A stretch of 64,000 nucleotides of DNA, taken from positions 53,754,001-53,818,000 of the forward strand of contig OX597830.1 of assembly GCA_951406725.2 (NCBI GenBank), given 5' to 3'. Source of the stretch: Octopus vulgaris. Taxonomy: Eukaryota. Below are positions 51,794 through 64,000 of the stretch, one piece after another (position 1 is the stretch's first letter; every line of letters begins with the position of its first letter). Position numbers and translations under genes: made by a program. The notes below the pieces were generated by a model that was given only the letters and a program-made list of their open reading frames with translations, did no database searches and was not told the DNA's origin.

Positions 51794-52567
51794 CTAGCTG
51801 TTGGACCCGGTGTTGGTCGTGTTTTCTGTGTTAAAGATTAGCCCACCTTTGACCTTGTATTAAATAAGCATTTCCTTAGAGACTATTCTATCGATTTTGT
51901 TGAAATTTTACACATGAAAAAATGCAAAAGCTGCAGGAAAAATAACATCGTTATGGGAAAAAAAGGCAAAAAACTGTCTTTTTGAAACCCACCACAGTCT
52001 GAGTGGTTGGCGTAAGGAAGGGCATCCAGCTGCAAAAACTTTGCCAGATCAGATTGGAGACTTGTGCAGCCTTCTGGTTCACCAGCCCTCAGTCAAACTA
52101 TCCAACCCATGCCAGCATGGAAAGTGGACATTAAACGGTGATGATGATGATGATAGAGGGTGTATTTCAACAGAAGTATGGCTACAAAAGTGTTAAATAA
52201 ATGTCTTGATATGAAATTAGGTCTTCAGCAGCTCAGTGGTAATATATTAATAGCTAGAATTGTAAGTATGGCAAGACTAACCAATTTGATTTTTATTCCA
52301 AAGTACCAAAGAGGTATAATGACACTTAATATTTATTAAAAACTGATATATGACTGAAATTAATTATAGCTATTTGTTCATAACTAATGATATATTGGTT
52401 TCTCAAATGATATAAATTTATGTATTTTTAGAAGTGAAATAAATTGTGACTTCTAAGAAAATCATGAAAATACTCTGTATACTTTGTAAATAAATAGCAG
52501 TGATTAGGATGTCTAGAAATATGTATGTGAATATAGTACGTATATATATATATATATATATATATAT

Positions 52568-52856
52568 CATCATCATCATCATCGTTTAACGTCTGTTTTC
52601 CATGCTAGCATGAGTTGGATGGTTCGACCGGGGATCTGGAAAGCCAGAAGGCTGCACCAGGCTCCAGTCTGATCTGGCAGTGTTTCTACAGCTGGATGCC
52701 CTTCCTAACGCCAACCACTCCGTGAGTGTAGTGGGTGCTTTTTACGTGCCACCTGCACAGGTGCCAGGCAAGGCTGGCAACGGCCATGATCGGATTGGTG
52801 CATTGGCACGGAAGCCAGTCGAGGCGGCACTGGCATCGGCCACGATTCGGATGGTG

Positions 52857-52891
<35 letters not shown>

Positions 52892-52962
52892 TATAATACA
52901 TATAGGTCTGTGAATATGATATGCATATATGTATGTGAATATAATACATATATATGTATGTG

Positions 52963-52997
<35 letters not shown>

Positions 52998-53250
52998 CAT
53001 CATCATCATTTAACACCCACTTTCCATGCTAGCATGGGTTGGACGATTTGACTGAGGTCTGGCGAACCAGACTCCAATCTGATCTGGCAGAGTTTCTACA
53101 GCTGGATGCCCTTCCTAACGCCAACCACTCCAAGAGTGTAGTGGGTGCTTTTACATGCCACCAGCACGAGGGCCAGTTTGGTGGTACTGACATTGGCCAT
53201 GCCCAAATGGTGCTTTTTATGTGCCACCTTCAGAGGAGCCAGTCCAGCGG
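52568..53250 (-). mobile_element. two RTE-tailed repeat copies separated by a TA microsatellite
   Basis: (CAT)n..CATGCTAGCATG..GGATGCCCTTCCTAACGCC twice. Confidence 0.8.
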
Positions 53251-54045
53251 CATTAAATTCTGTTTATTATATATTTTTTAAAGTTTATATGAATTGAAAA
53301 AAAATATTCATAATGGAATATGTGACTGGGTGGGTGGTTGCATATATTAATTTGTCTACTGTTAATGAAATGAATTTTATTCTTGTTTTAAAAAATTTGC
53401 AGCAATTTCGAGATGAGAATGTTTTAGCTAATTGGTAGGAAGTGGAGGACAGGAGGTGGGGGACAGGAGGTGGGGGACAGGAGGTGCAGTGGTAAATGTC
53501 GAATATTTGTTGTAAAAACATTTGTAAATTGTAAGAAATAAGTTGTTTTTTTTTCTTTTAATTTTTCATGTAGCAGAAAGCCACTAATTCTGGAGAATGC
53601 AGAGAGGTGGTAGGGGAGTTCAACAAACACTCACATCATCTCATCCTCATCCACTCCTCCTTTTCTTCCTCTTCCATTCATCCCTCCTCCTCTGCCTCAT
53701 CTGCTATCTCTTCTTCCCCCTTCATCACCTGCTCACACTTGGTGGATTATTTTATTTTATTCATTTATCCTGGAAAATGGAACGAAAGGCAAAGTTTAAC
53801 CAAACTTGATTTTAAACAGAGTATATTATTACCTGCCGTAAGAAAACAAGAATTCACAATCACCTTGTGGTGGTACCTTTATGCTGCTAAGTAGCCTGGG
53901 CTTTTGAGAGTCAAGTGTTGAGTGAATACAATATGAAGTCTTGATTCTTCTACTTGAATATATGAATATATATAATGATATACACACATATATATATATT
54001 TATAGATAAAACTTACTTAGAAATGGATGCGTGCATTCTGTCATA

Positions 54046-54226
54046 TAATAACAAATTAATAAATAAAACATATGCATATATACATACATATATGTACGTA
54101 CCTACATCTATATGTATATATATACATGCATATATGGGTACAGGACACCAAATATATACATATAGATGTAGGTACGTACATATATGTATGTATATATGCA
54201 TATGTTTTATTTATTAATTTGTTATA
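54046..54226. repeat. inverted repeat with ~75-bp arms and ~30-nt loop
   Basis: ATAACAAATTAATAAATAAAACATATGC...GTACGTACCTACATCTATATG / CATATAGATGTAGGTACGTAC...GCATATGTTTTATTTATTAATTTGTTAT. Confidence 0.9.
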
Positions 54227-54332
54227 TATATGTGTGTGTATGTGTGTGTATATATATTTATATATATATATGTGTCTGTGTGTGTATATATATTTATATA
54301 TATATATATGTGTCTGTGTGTGTATATATATT

Positions 54333-54402
<70 letters not shown>

Positions 54403-55359
54403 CACATTTCCCTACTCATTCTTATGCATATTTAAATGTATGTGTGTTGTGTATCATTATCATCAAAAAAATTATTTATATGTACAAGCATAAACACACA
54501 CACACACATACACCTTCCACCCAAATATATATGTATATAATTGCGTGTGTGTGTGTGTAGAAATGATGATGATAATATATTACATGATCTCTATCAGTTG
54601 ATCTCTTGGCAAGCAGCTTTGAAAAAAAGGAACCTAAGGGAGAGAGACAGGGGGGGGGAGAGATAATACAGGATGATAAGGAGGAGAGGAGGGTTCTGAC
54701 AAAAGATTCTAAAACAGAATAAAACATAAACACGCAGCATGCTATTTGAAATGTAAATTTTATTATTATTAACATCCAATTTAATCACTTAGGAACCTCT
54801 GTTTCTGTAAAATATATCGAGATAAAAGTTTAATGGAAGCAACACCATACAAGAATGTCACATCTTTCATTGAATTTCATCTTTTGTTTTAGACTTCTGC
54901 GCATTTTAAAAATATTTCTATAGTTTGTTGCTTTCGTTTGTTTTTTTTTCTCTCTCTCTTGTTCCCTTTGATGTCTCTTCTGCACTTTAATTGTAAATAA
55001 AACATTAGATATATCACCAAATTTTCTAAAATATATCTCTGTATGTGTTAGGTTTTCATCCCTTGTCCACATACCCTCAGTTTTTTGTTTTGTTTTTGCA
55101 AAAATTTTAAATTATTTATAAAATCTATATATTTTTTTTAAAAACTTTTATGAGGACTTCTATAGATTTCTTTTATGCCTTTTAAAATATTATTGATAAC
55201 AACAACAATAATTATGGTTTCAAATTTTGGCTCAAGGCCAGTAATTTTAGGTGAAAGGGTTTAGTTGATTATATCAAGTCCAGTACTTGACTGGTACTTT
55301 ATTTTATCAACTGCAGAAGGATGAACTGCAAAGTCAGTACTGGCAGGATAATAATTATG

Positions 55360-55865
55360 CATCTCTCATGGCTTCTGATCTTAACTGATTGGAAGTGTTA
55401 TCATGTACATGTTTTGTCTTGGTGGGTTACAGCAAATTTTCTGCTCAATACTGCAGATTTGCTTGTCAGTTGTTTGACCATAACCATTTGAGCATGTCCC
55501 TTGGTGGCTGGTGATATGTGGGTTTCTGATCATGAGCAGTAGTATGGAGGAGCATCATAGCCATGTGTTGAGAAGAATTCTTTGAGATTTGAATAGTTCA
55601 CCTCTGGAAACATGGGTGTTTCATTCAACATCCTTAAACAAATTTTATTCAGGGATCTTACTCAACCTGAAGAAAATTCTAACTGGGCCCCACCTGCAAG
55701 GTCATGCACTGTTTATCCTGTTATGAGATCACCATGTCCCATACATATGGTTGTGATGCATGTGCCTGGTGTACTTTTGTCAGATGGCTAATCGTGATGG
55801 GTATACTGGGCTTCGTATATTTTACCCCAGTGTCACTTTGATAGCATGCACTGCTCTCTCACTCA
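55360..55865 (+). mobile_element. second copy of the 13160-13714 element
   Basis: Collinear from CTCTCATGGCTTCTGATC to CTGCTCTCTCACTC-AATAAT. Confidence 0.75.
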
Positions 55866-56643
55866 ATAATGATAATAATAATAATCCTTTTTACTATATG
55901 CACAAGGCTTGAAATTTGATTTGTTGGGAGAAGGGGATTGTTAATTACATTGCCCCTAGTGCTTGATTGGTACTTATTTTATTGACCCCAGAAGTATGGA
56001 AGGCAAAATCAACCTTAGCAGAATTTGAATTCAGAATGTAAAGAGCTAAAAGAAATGCCACTAAGCATTATGTCTGATGCTCTAACAATTCTGCCTGCTC
56101 ACCACCTTAATAATAAGTAGAAGAAAACATTACTGTGCGTATGAGACCAAATGCATGAGGGCATATGGCCTAGTGGTTAGGACCAGATGGTGTAGCCTGT
56201 GTCTTTGAGCAGAGCACTGAGTATCATATACTATTGCTGGTGTAGTTCTCTCTTCCTGCAGCTGTCACATTTTCAGTGTTCTGCTGGAAGGGCCAACAGA
56301 ATGTTTATGTCTACTCACACCTGCACAGGCACCTAAAACAATTAATGAAAGCAAAGTACTTGTTACCTGGTCGTATTCGTTGCAAGTTATAGATACACAT
56401 GCTTTATGACAGTGTATATATTCCAGTCTTAGAATACATTTACCTGTATTTCTATGTATAAGAGGTGACTAAAAGGGATGACAAGAGGACAGTCACCTAG
56501 TCATAAAACACTCATTCAGAAAACATGCCCAACCCATGCCAGACTCTCTTCTTCCAATTGTCCATTTTTTACTGATCTTACCAATTCTTTCTCTTCCTAT
56601 TGCAGGTAGAATGATGTACTGTTGTGCTGAGAGGCACTAAGGA

Positions 56644-56738
56644 ATGCCTGTTCTAACAATGAGTCGAGTACCAGTTATAAAATCCAAGTCCATTGGCAGC
56701 AAACATAGCCAACTCATTGATGAAGAGGAAAATCTATG
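56644..56738 (+). CDS. first coding segment of an unidentified host gene (exon 56606-56738): MPVLTMSRVPVIKSKSIGSKHSQLIDEEENL, ends in phase 2
   Basis: Strong acceptor TTCTTTCTCTTCCTATTGCAG|, strong donor TG|GTAAGA, in-frame upstream stop then GGAATGC start, protein-like composition. Confidence 0.6.
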
Positions 56739-57041
56739 GTAAGATTATTATTATCTATCATTATCATCATAATCATCATTTTGACATCCACTTTATCATG
56801 CTTGCATGGGTCAGATGGAATTCATCAAAGCAAGTTTTCTACATCGGAATGTCCTTGTCACCAACACTTACCTGATTTCAAGTGAAATGATATTTCCCCA
56901 AGGCTAGACATGTTTTCGTTGCAGGCTATAAACAAAAAACACTGTTTGTATGATGGTGGCACTTGTTTACAAACAACAATTGTGTGATGTCAAGGTAAAG
57001 GGGAACACACACACACACATACACATCAATATACATACATG

Positions 57042-57120
<79 letters not shown>

Positions 57121-57220
57121 GTATATACACATACAAGGTGTGTTATAAAAATCTGCCTTGACTTGTGTCTCCAAAGCAAGAATCTATTAGCTTGTACCTT
57201 TATACTGTACATTAAATAAT

Positions 57221-57267
<47 letters not shown>

Positions 57268-57496
57268 CAATAATATTATTGATAATGTTTATTATTGATA
57301 ATATGATTCACTCCCTGATAGTAAACTGCAGTTTCTGCGGAATTACTTGTGGCACACATGGGTGATTGAGGAGGAATGCAAGATCTCATTCGTCTGTTTG
57401 AATTTGGAACTACTGGTTCTTGGATTTATGCTGTCCGATGGCACTTGATCGAATACGTTTATTAATTATCAGTGCTCTTGAATTTAAAATTGAAAT

Positions 57497-57570
57497 ACTA
57501 TACTGATGACGGGAATAAGTGAGTAGAAATATGATTTTACATCTTTTTAACTCAGAAACGTGTATATAGT
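57497..57570 (+). ncRNA. type I hammerhead ribozyme-like motif in a probable Penelope-like remnant (~57280-57745)
   Basis: ACUAUA CUGAUGA [extended stem II incl. UGAGU/ACUCA] GAAA C gu GUA|UAUAGU; perfect 6-bp stem I. Confidence 0.65.
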
Positions 57571-57746
57571 TAATCAAAGCCAGGTGGATTCATTAGTTTT
57601 TTCTCTTTACCTGCGGGAGTTGAAAGTATTACTGTCTGGGAGATATCTTATGTTAGTGGAATAGTATTTAACTGCTATTTTTAAATTTTGGTATGTGGTG
57701 AAGCAATTTTTGCCGAACCCTAATTATAATTAGGCTTATAATTATA

Positions 57747-58770
<1,024 letters not shown>

Positions 58771-58899
58771 GAACCAAACACTGATATAATTATTTCACCT
58801 GATTAGATTAGAATGTGTACTCTTGCTTCTTGTATAAGAGACGTGTTCCACTGTCAAACAGTCCATTTGCTGCCAACACTATCTCTGCTAAAAGTTCAG

Positions 58900-59600
58900 T
58901 ATTCTGTGACCGATGACATGCAGACATACACCATTGCTGTGGCACCTTCAGAAATTTCTGGATGAAGAGCAGATGCAGTTGCGCTTTGGCACAGTTTTAT
59001 TCTAAAAAGCTCACATCTTTGAGGTTACAGTCCTAGATTGAATGAAGACCAAGACTGACTATCTGGCATTGGCAATGATGCCAAATGCTCACAAACTTCT
59101 CTCAGTCAGGTAGTGGGATTTCCTTGTTGGCTTTTTAACCAAGAACTAATGATAGGAAAGAGTGACAACATACTTGGAAAAGTGGGGGGGTGACGAATCA
59201 ACTGGCTGGTCTGTTCCAGAGAATTTTCAGTTTGGAGACTATAGACAATGTCCAGAACTCTTGAAGTAGCAATGCTATGGGGGAATAGGGGAGGCATTGC
59301 TGTTTTGAGATAAACATTACAGGCAACGAAGTGCCATTAGCTGTATGGCATGAACTCATTCAGCATACAAGCATTGTTGACTTGTAGAGTTTTGTAGTTT
59401 TGTGAAGCAACTGTTGTTACATATATTTAGGTCCTTCTTAGAGATCATCTCACTGGCTCCTTTTGTCCAGGAAGGGCAGGCAATTTTCCTCTATCTGGAT
59501 GTGATAGTAAAAGGGATTAATTGGTGGATGTGACTGAAAAATGACTGAGGGCATACACACTCCTTTAGTTAACCCCTTATCAGCTTTTATCAACTTTTTC
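58900..59600 (-). mobile_element. possible highly decayed LINE fragment
   Basis: Coding-like composition with frameshifts; no clean motif. Confidence 0.25.
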
Positions 59601-59954
59601 AATTTCCACTTAGGGTGGAGAGTGAGAGTTTAGAGGGAGATACTGCTCTGATGTATTTTTGTTGAAAGATAACTCTGAGTGTGAAGGGCAAACATGAGCT
59701 AAATGAATGAGTTTATTCATAGCACGCACTTGTAACCCAAAAAGTGATAGGATGGAGAAGGCATTAACCTTTGTTAGTCAGTGTAATCCTGGATCCTAGG
59801 TGGAACTCTTCACATTTGGGGACTCATATCAAATATGTATCCTATCACTAGTTGTATTTATCCTATTCACTACAGTTCACATACGTGTGTGTGTGTGTGC
59901 TGACATACATAACATACTTGCAGGTGCATACAAATGCATATTTACTTTTGTGTT

Positions 59955-59985
<31 letters not shown>

Positions 59986-60720
59986 ATACAGATAGATATA
60001 TACACACATACATAGATACACACACACACACACACACACAGAAGCACCTAACATAAAACCTATTTTCTGTAGTCACAAAGGGCGCACAAAAGAATTAAAA
60101 GTGAAGTTTGATATTCTTTCATGTTCTGTTTGTGTCTCCATAAAAGCTTTGTTCCAATCCATAAAATGTGTTCTGTGTGTAGTCTTAGATTAAGTCATTC
60201 ACAGACAGTTCCATTATTCACCAAATACACCCTATATCTTCTTGCTGTTCTGTGTCTCTCTGCATACTTTCCATGTGTGAATGTGTGTGTGCATGTGTGT
60301 ACGCACACTTTGTGCAGTGTATTGAGTTCTATATCAGATAATGTTTGTTATTGTGTTAAGATATTATTTTAAATGTATTTTACAGCTCTGAAGTGAGTGA
60401 GCTGGCAGAATTACCAGCATGCCGGTCAAATGCTTAGCAGCATTTCGTCTATTTTTACATTCTGAGTTCAAATTCTGCCGAGGTTGACTTTGCCTTTCAT
60501 CCTCTTGGGGTTGATAAAATAAGCACCAATCAAGCACTGAGGTCAATGTAATCAACTTACCTCCTCTCCCTAAATTGCTGGCCTTGTGCCACAATTTGAA
60601 ACCAATATATTTTACAGCTGTCCCATTACTATATCTCTATCTACACACACATGCACACACCCGTACATATATATTGTAGCTTATGTTGGTTTTCTCTTTT
60701 TCTTTTTGTGGCTGTGTAAT

Positions 60721-60941
60721 TTAACCTTTTCGTTACTGTATTTATTTTGAGATGCTTTGTGTTTCTTTCAGTTACTTTAAATATAACAAAAAATTTAGTA
60801 AAATAACTTAGTTATCATTAAGCTGATGTTAGGAACATAAATTGTGACTAAGCTTTGGTGGCAGATTTTAATTCAGAACTTATGAAAACAAGACATACTC
60901 AGTCAGAGGCAGTTTCACCCAGGTTGGTAACGAAAGGGTTT
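60721..60941. mobile_element. piggyBac-type TTAA MITE
   Basis: TTAACCTTTTCGTTAC...GTAACGAAAGGGTT; same family as 6429-6648. Confidence 0.75.
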
Positions 60942-62829
60942 AGAATCTTGCTTGCCAACCATGGGCTCTCATGTTCATTCCAGCTTCATGACACCTTGGG
61001 CAAGTATCTTCTACTACAACCCCAAAGCTGACCAAATCGTTGTAAATGGATTTGATAGATAGAAACTGGAAAGAGCCTGTCATGTGTGGGTGTGTAAGGG
61101 TGCATGGCCGAGTGGTTAGGGTGTGGTGATCGCGAGATTGTGGTTTCGATTCCTGGGCCAGGTGATGCATTGTGTTATTGAGCAAAACTCTTCATCTTAT
61201 GTTGCCCCATGATCACTTTGACATCTGATGTATGACACATCATGCATCTGAACAGGCAGTGGCAATTTGGACAGGGTGGGCTAATGTAGAGCGTAGGCAT
61301 TTGATCACTGTAAACAAATCTTCTGCGCAGCGGGTTGTTCAGCAAGAAATTGCAGAACCCTCATCTATCATCTATGACAGGAGAGTCCATAACATGTATG
61401 TATGTATGCATATGTACATTTGCAGTTTGTGCATGTGCTTGTGTGTCTGCATACATATGTGTGCACGCATCCACATACACTTGTATTTAAATTAATAATT
61501 ACAATAACAAGGAAGACAAGGCAAAGATTAAGCCTCTGTATGGACACTCAAGCCTCCAGAAATAGCAGCTAAATCTCAGTGTAATTGCACACTCTTCCAT
61601 CTTAAAAGGGAGAGATACATTAGATACAAACATGTCTGCACCTCCTCCCCTGCGAAAAAAAGGAAATGAAAATAGGATGGTCACAATGTGATGTTATGGC
61701 TAGAATTTTTTTGATCACAGGTCTGCTGAATCAAAGTTGACCTGGATTCAAACAAAAAAGGGCATAGTTTGTTATTTGTTGTTGTTGTTATAAGCTCTAA
61801 CATGCTCGACCCTTGCCAATACAAATACACATATAGTGGCCATCAAAGCTCCATACCTCTCTGTACCTACCAGTTAATCTTTGTAAACTACATCCCACAC
61901 ACTGATTCAGCATTCCTGTATCTGTGTGACCTTTCACACTCTGGTGGGGGTCTGATGAACAATGTCAATCTCATTAACCTCTCCATATTATTGTTCATAA
62001 CTTTCTTTCTTCGTTAAAGCAGGTATTTTAAATAATTGAAGTAAGTAGGAGCTATGATCTTAGCAGTTTCTCTCTGAGCTCTGAAATTTCTGCTGCTACC
62101 GACCAACCTTATTTGACCTCCAACTAACATAAAATCATGAAGTCAGTACTCAACTAAATGTGGGCACCCCACCACTGCCACCGCCACCACCACATGCACA
62201 ATTGTCACCCTTGCTGTTATTACTGCCGCCACCACCACCAAGCATGATCTTGACTTTTTAAATTGGGTAGACCTCATGCTTTTACAAATATGTCATTAGC
62301 TGATGTAGTGTTTATTATTATTATTCTTTGTTTCGTATACTTGGATTACTTTCTTTTAGTTAGTGGAATGCAGCTTTGAAGGGTTTAGTTCAACAAATTG
62401 ACTTCAGTATTTATTTTCGGTCTGGTACCTATTCTATCAGTCATTATCATCATCATCATCATTTAACGTCCATTCCCCATACAGGCATGGGTTGGACGGT
62501 TTGACCAGGGCTGGTAAGCTGAGGAACTGCATCAGATTCCTGTCTGATTTTGCATGGTTTCTACTGCTGGATGTCCTTTCTAATGCCAACCACTCTGAGA
62601 GTGTAATGGGTGCTTTTGCATGCCATTGGCACAACACCAGTATCTGCCATGACTATGATTTCACCTGGCTTGACGGATCTTCTTTTTTGAGCACAACATA
62701 TTGCCAAAGGTCTTGGTCACTTGCCATTGCCTCCATGAGGCCTAGCACTCAATCACGTGTCACCGGCACGGTTGGTAGTTCCACGACACCAGCATTGGTC
62801 ACATTGCTTTTGTGAGGCCCAGTGCTCGA

Positions 62830-63250
62830 AAGGCGGCGAGCTGGCAGAATCGTTAGCATGCCTAGCGAAATGCTTAGCAGTATTTCAGTTGCCGTTACAT
62901 TCTGAGTTCAAATTCAGCCGAGGTCGACTTTGCCTTTCATCCTTTCAGGGTCGATTAAATAAGTACCAGCTACGCACTGGGGTCAAAATAATCGACTTAA
63001 TCCCTTTGTCTGTCCTTGTTTGTCTCCACTGTGTTTAGCCCCTTGTGGGTAGTAAAGAAATAGGTATTTCCTCTGCCGCTACGTTCTGAGTTCAAATTCT
63101 GCTGAGGTCGACTTTGCCTTTCATCCTTTCGGGATCGATTAAATAAGTACCAGTTACGCATTGGGGTCCATATAATCGACTTAATCTGTTTGTCTGTCCA
63201 TGTTTGTCCCCTCTGTGTTTAGCCCCTTGTGGGTAGTAAAGAAATAGGTG
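62830..63250 (+). mobile_element. Nin/Deu-domain SINE with tandem partial duplication
   Basis: Full copy 62830-63062 immediately followed by a copy lacking the head (63063-63250). Confidence 0.8.
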
Positions 63251-63366
63251 CTTTTCATGTGTCACTGCTCTTTTGTTAAACTGCCCAGTGATGTAAACAA
63301 ACCAACACCAGCTGTCAAGCAATGGTAAGGGACAAATAAACACAAAGACACACATACAGACATGTA

Positions 63367-63398
<32 letters not shown>

Positions 63399-63599
63399 AC
63401 AAGCTTCTTTCAGTTTTCATTTACCGTTCACTCACAAGGTATTGGTTGGCCCAAGGCTATAATAAAATACACTTGCCCAAGATATTTGTTTATTTTTGCT
63501 TTTGTCCTCTCAGCACAACATTTTACAACTATGATATAACCCGATCATATACATCACCTAGAAACAAGTACAACAGACCTGATAACATGTACCAAGCTT

Positions 63600-63980
63600 T
63601 TGCTGGATGCCCTTCCTAACGCCAATCACCCCGAGAGTGTAGTGGGTGCTTTTTACTTGCCACCGGCACAGGGGCCAGTCAGGCAGTACTAGTAATGACC
63701 TCGCTCGAATCTTTTTACACATGCCACTGGCGACATTGGTAGCGATCATGTTCGAATGGTGCCCTTTTATGTGCCACCGGCACAGAAGCCAGTTGGCTGC
63801 TCTGGCAACGATTACGCTTGGATAGTGCTCTTGACACCCTACTAGCACGGGCACAAGTGCTAGTAAGGCGACGCTGGTAATGATCACACTTGAATGGTGC
63901 CTTTTATGTGCCACTGGCACAGAAGCCGGTTAGCCGCTCTGTCAACAATCACACTCGTATGGTGCTCTTTGCACCCCACT
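63600..63980 (-). mobile_element. RTE-tailed repeat with ~55-70-bp internal subrepeats
   Basis: GGATGCCCTTCCTAACGCC followed by repeated GGTGCCCTTTTATGTGCCAC units. Confidence 0.75.
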
Positions 63981-64000
63981 ATACTGTTATTTTGTATATC

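Overview
This is AT-rich, microsatellite-dense eukaryotic DNA. Its repeat content (CORE-, Nin/Deu- and V-domain tRNA SINEs, RTE-tailed repeats, mariner, Helitron and piggyBac-type MITEs) is typical of an octopus or other coleoid cephalopod genome; this assignment is an inference. Almost all ORFs in the supplied track are microsatellite or repeat artefacts. Host-gene signal is sparse: one strong + strand start-codon exon (56606-56738), two plausible upstream non-coding exons, and one candidate - strand exon (10172-10267). The most interesting signal is RNA-structural. A ~270-bp tRNA-headed SINE-like element carries a minimal type I hammerhead ribozyme (HHR) of the kind associated with Penelope-like elements (PLEs). 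It occurs at three loci, always with fold-back or head-to-head architecture, and one copy was re-copied 4 kb away together with its 5' flank. Several unrelated HHR or HHR-like motifs also occur (a type III at ~9.5 kb, a type I at ~57.5 kb and degenerate ones). There are also long fold-back palindromes and a young composite of a 157-bp array plus a 382-bp partial tandem. Repeat boundaries were placed by eye and are approximate.
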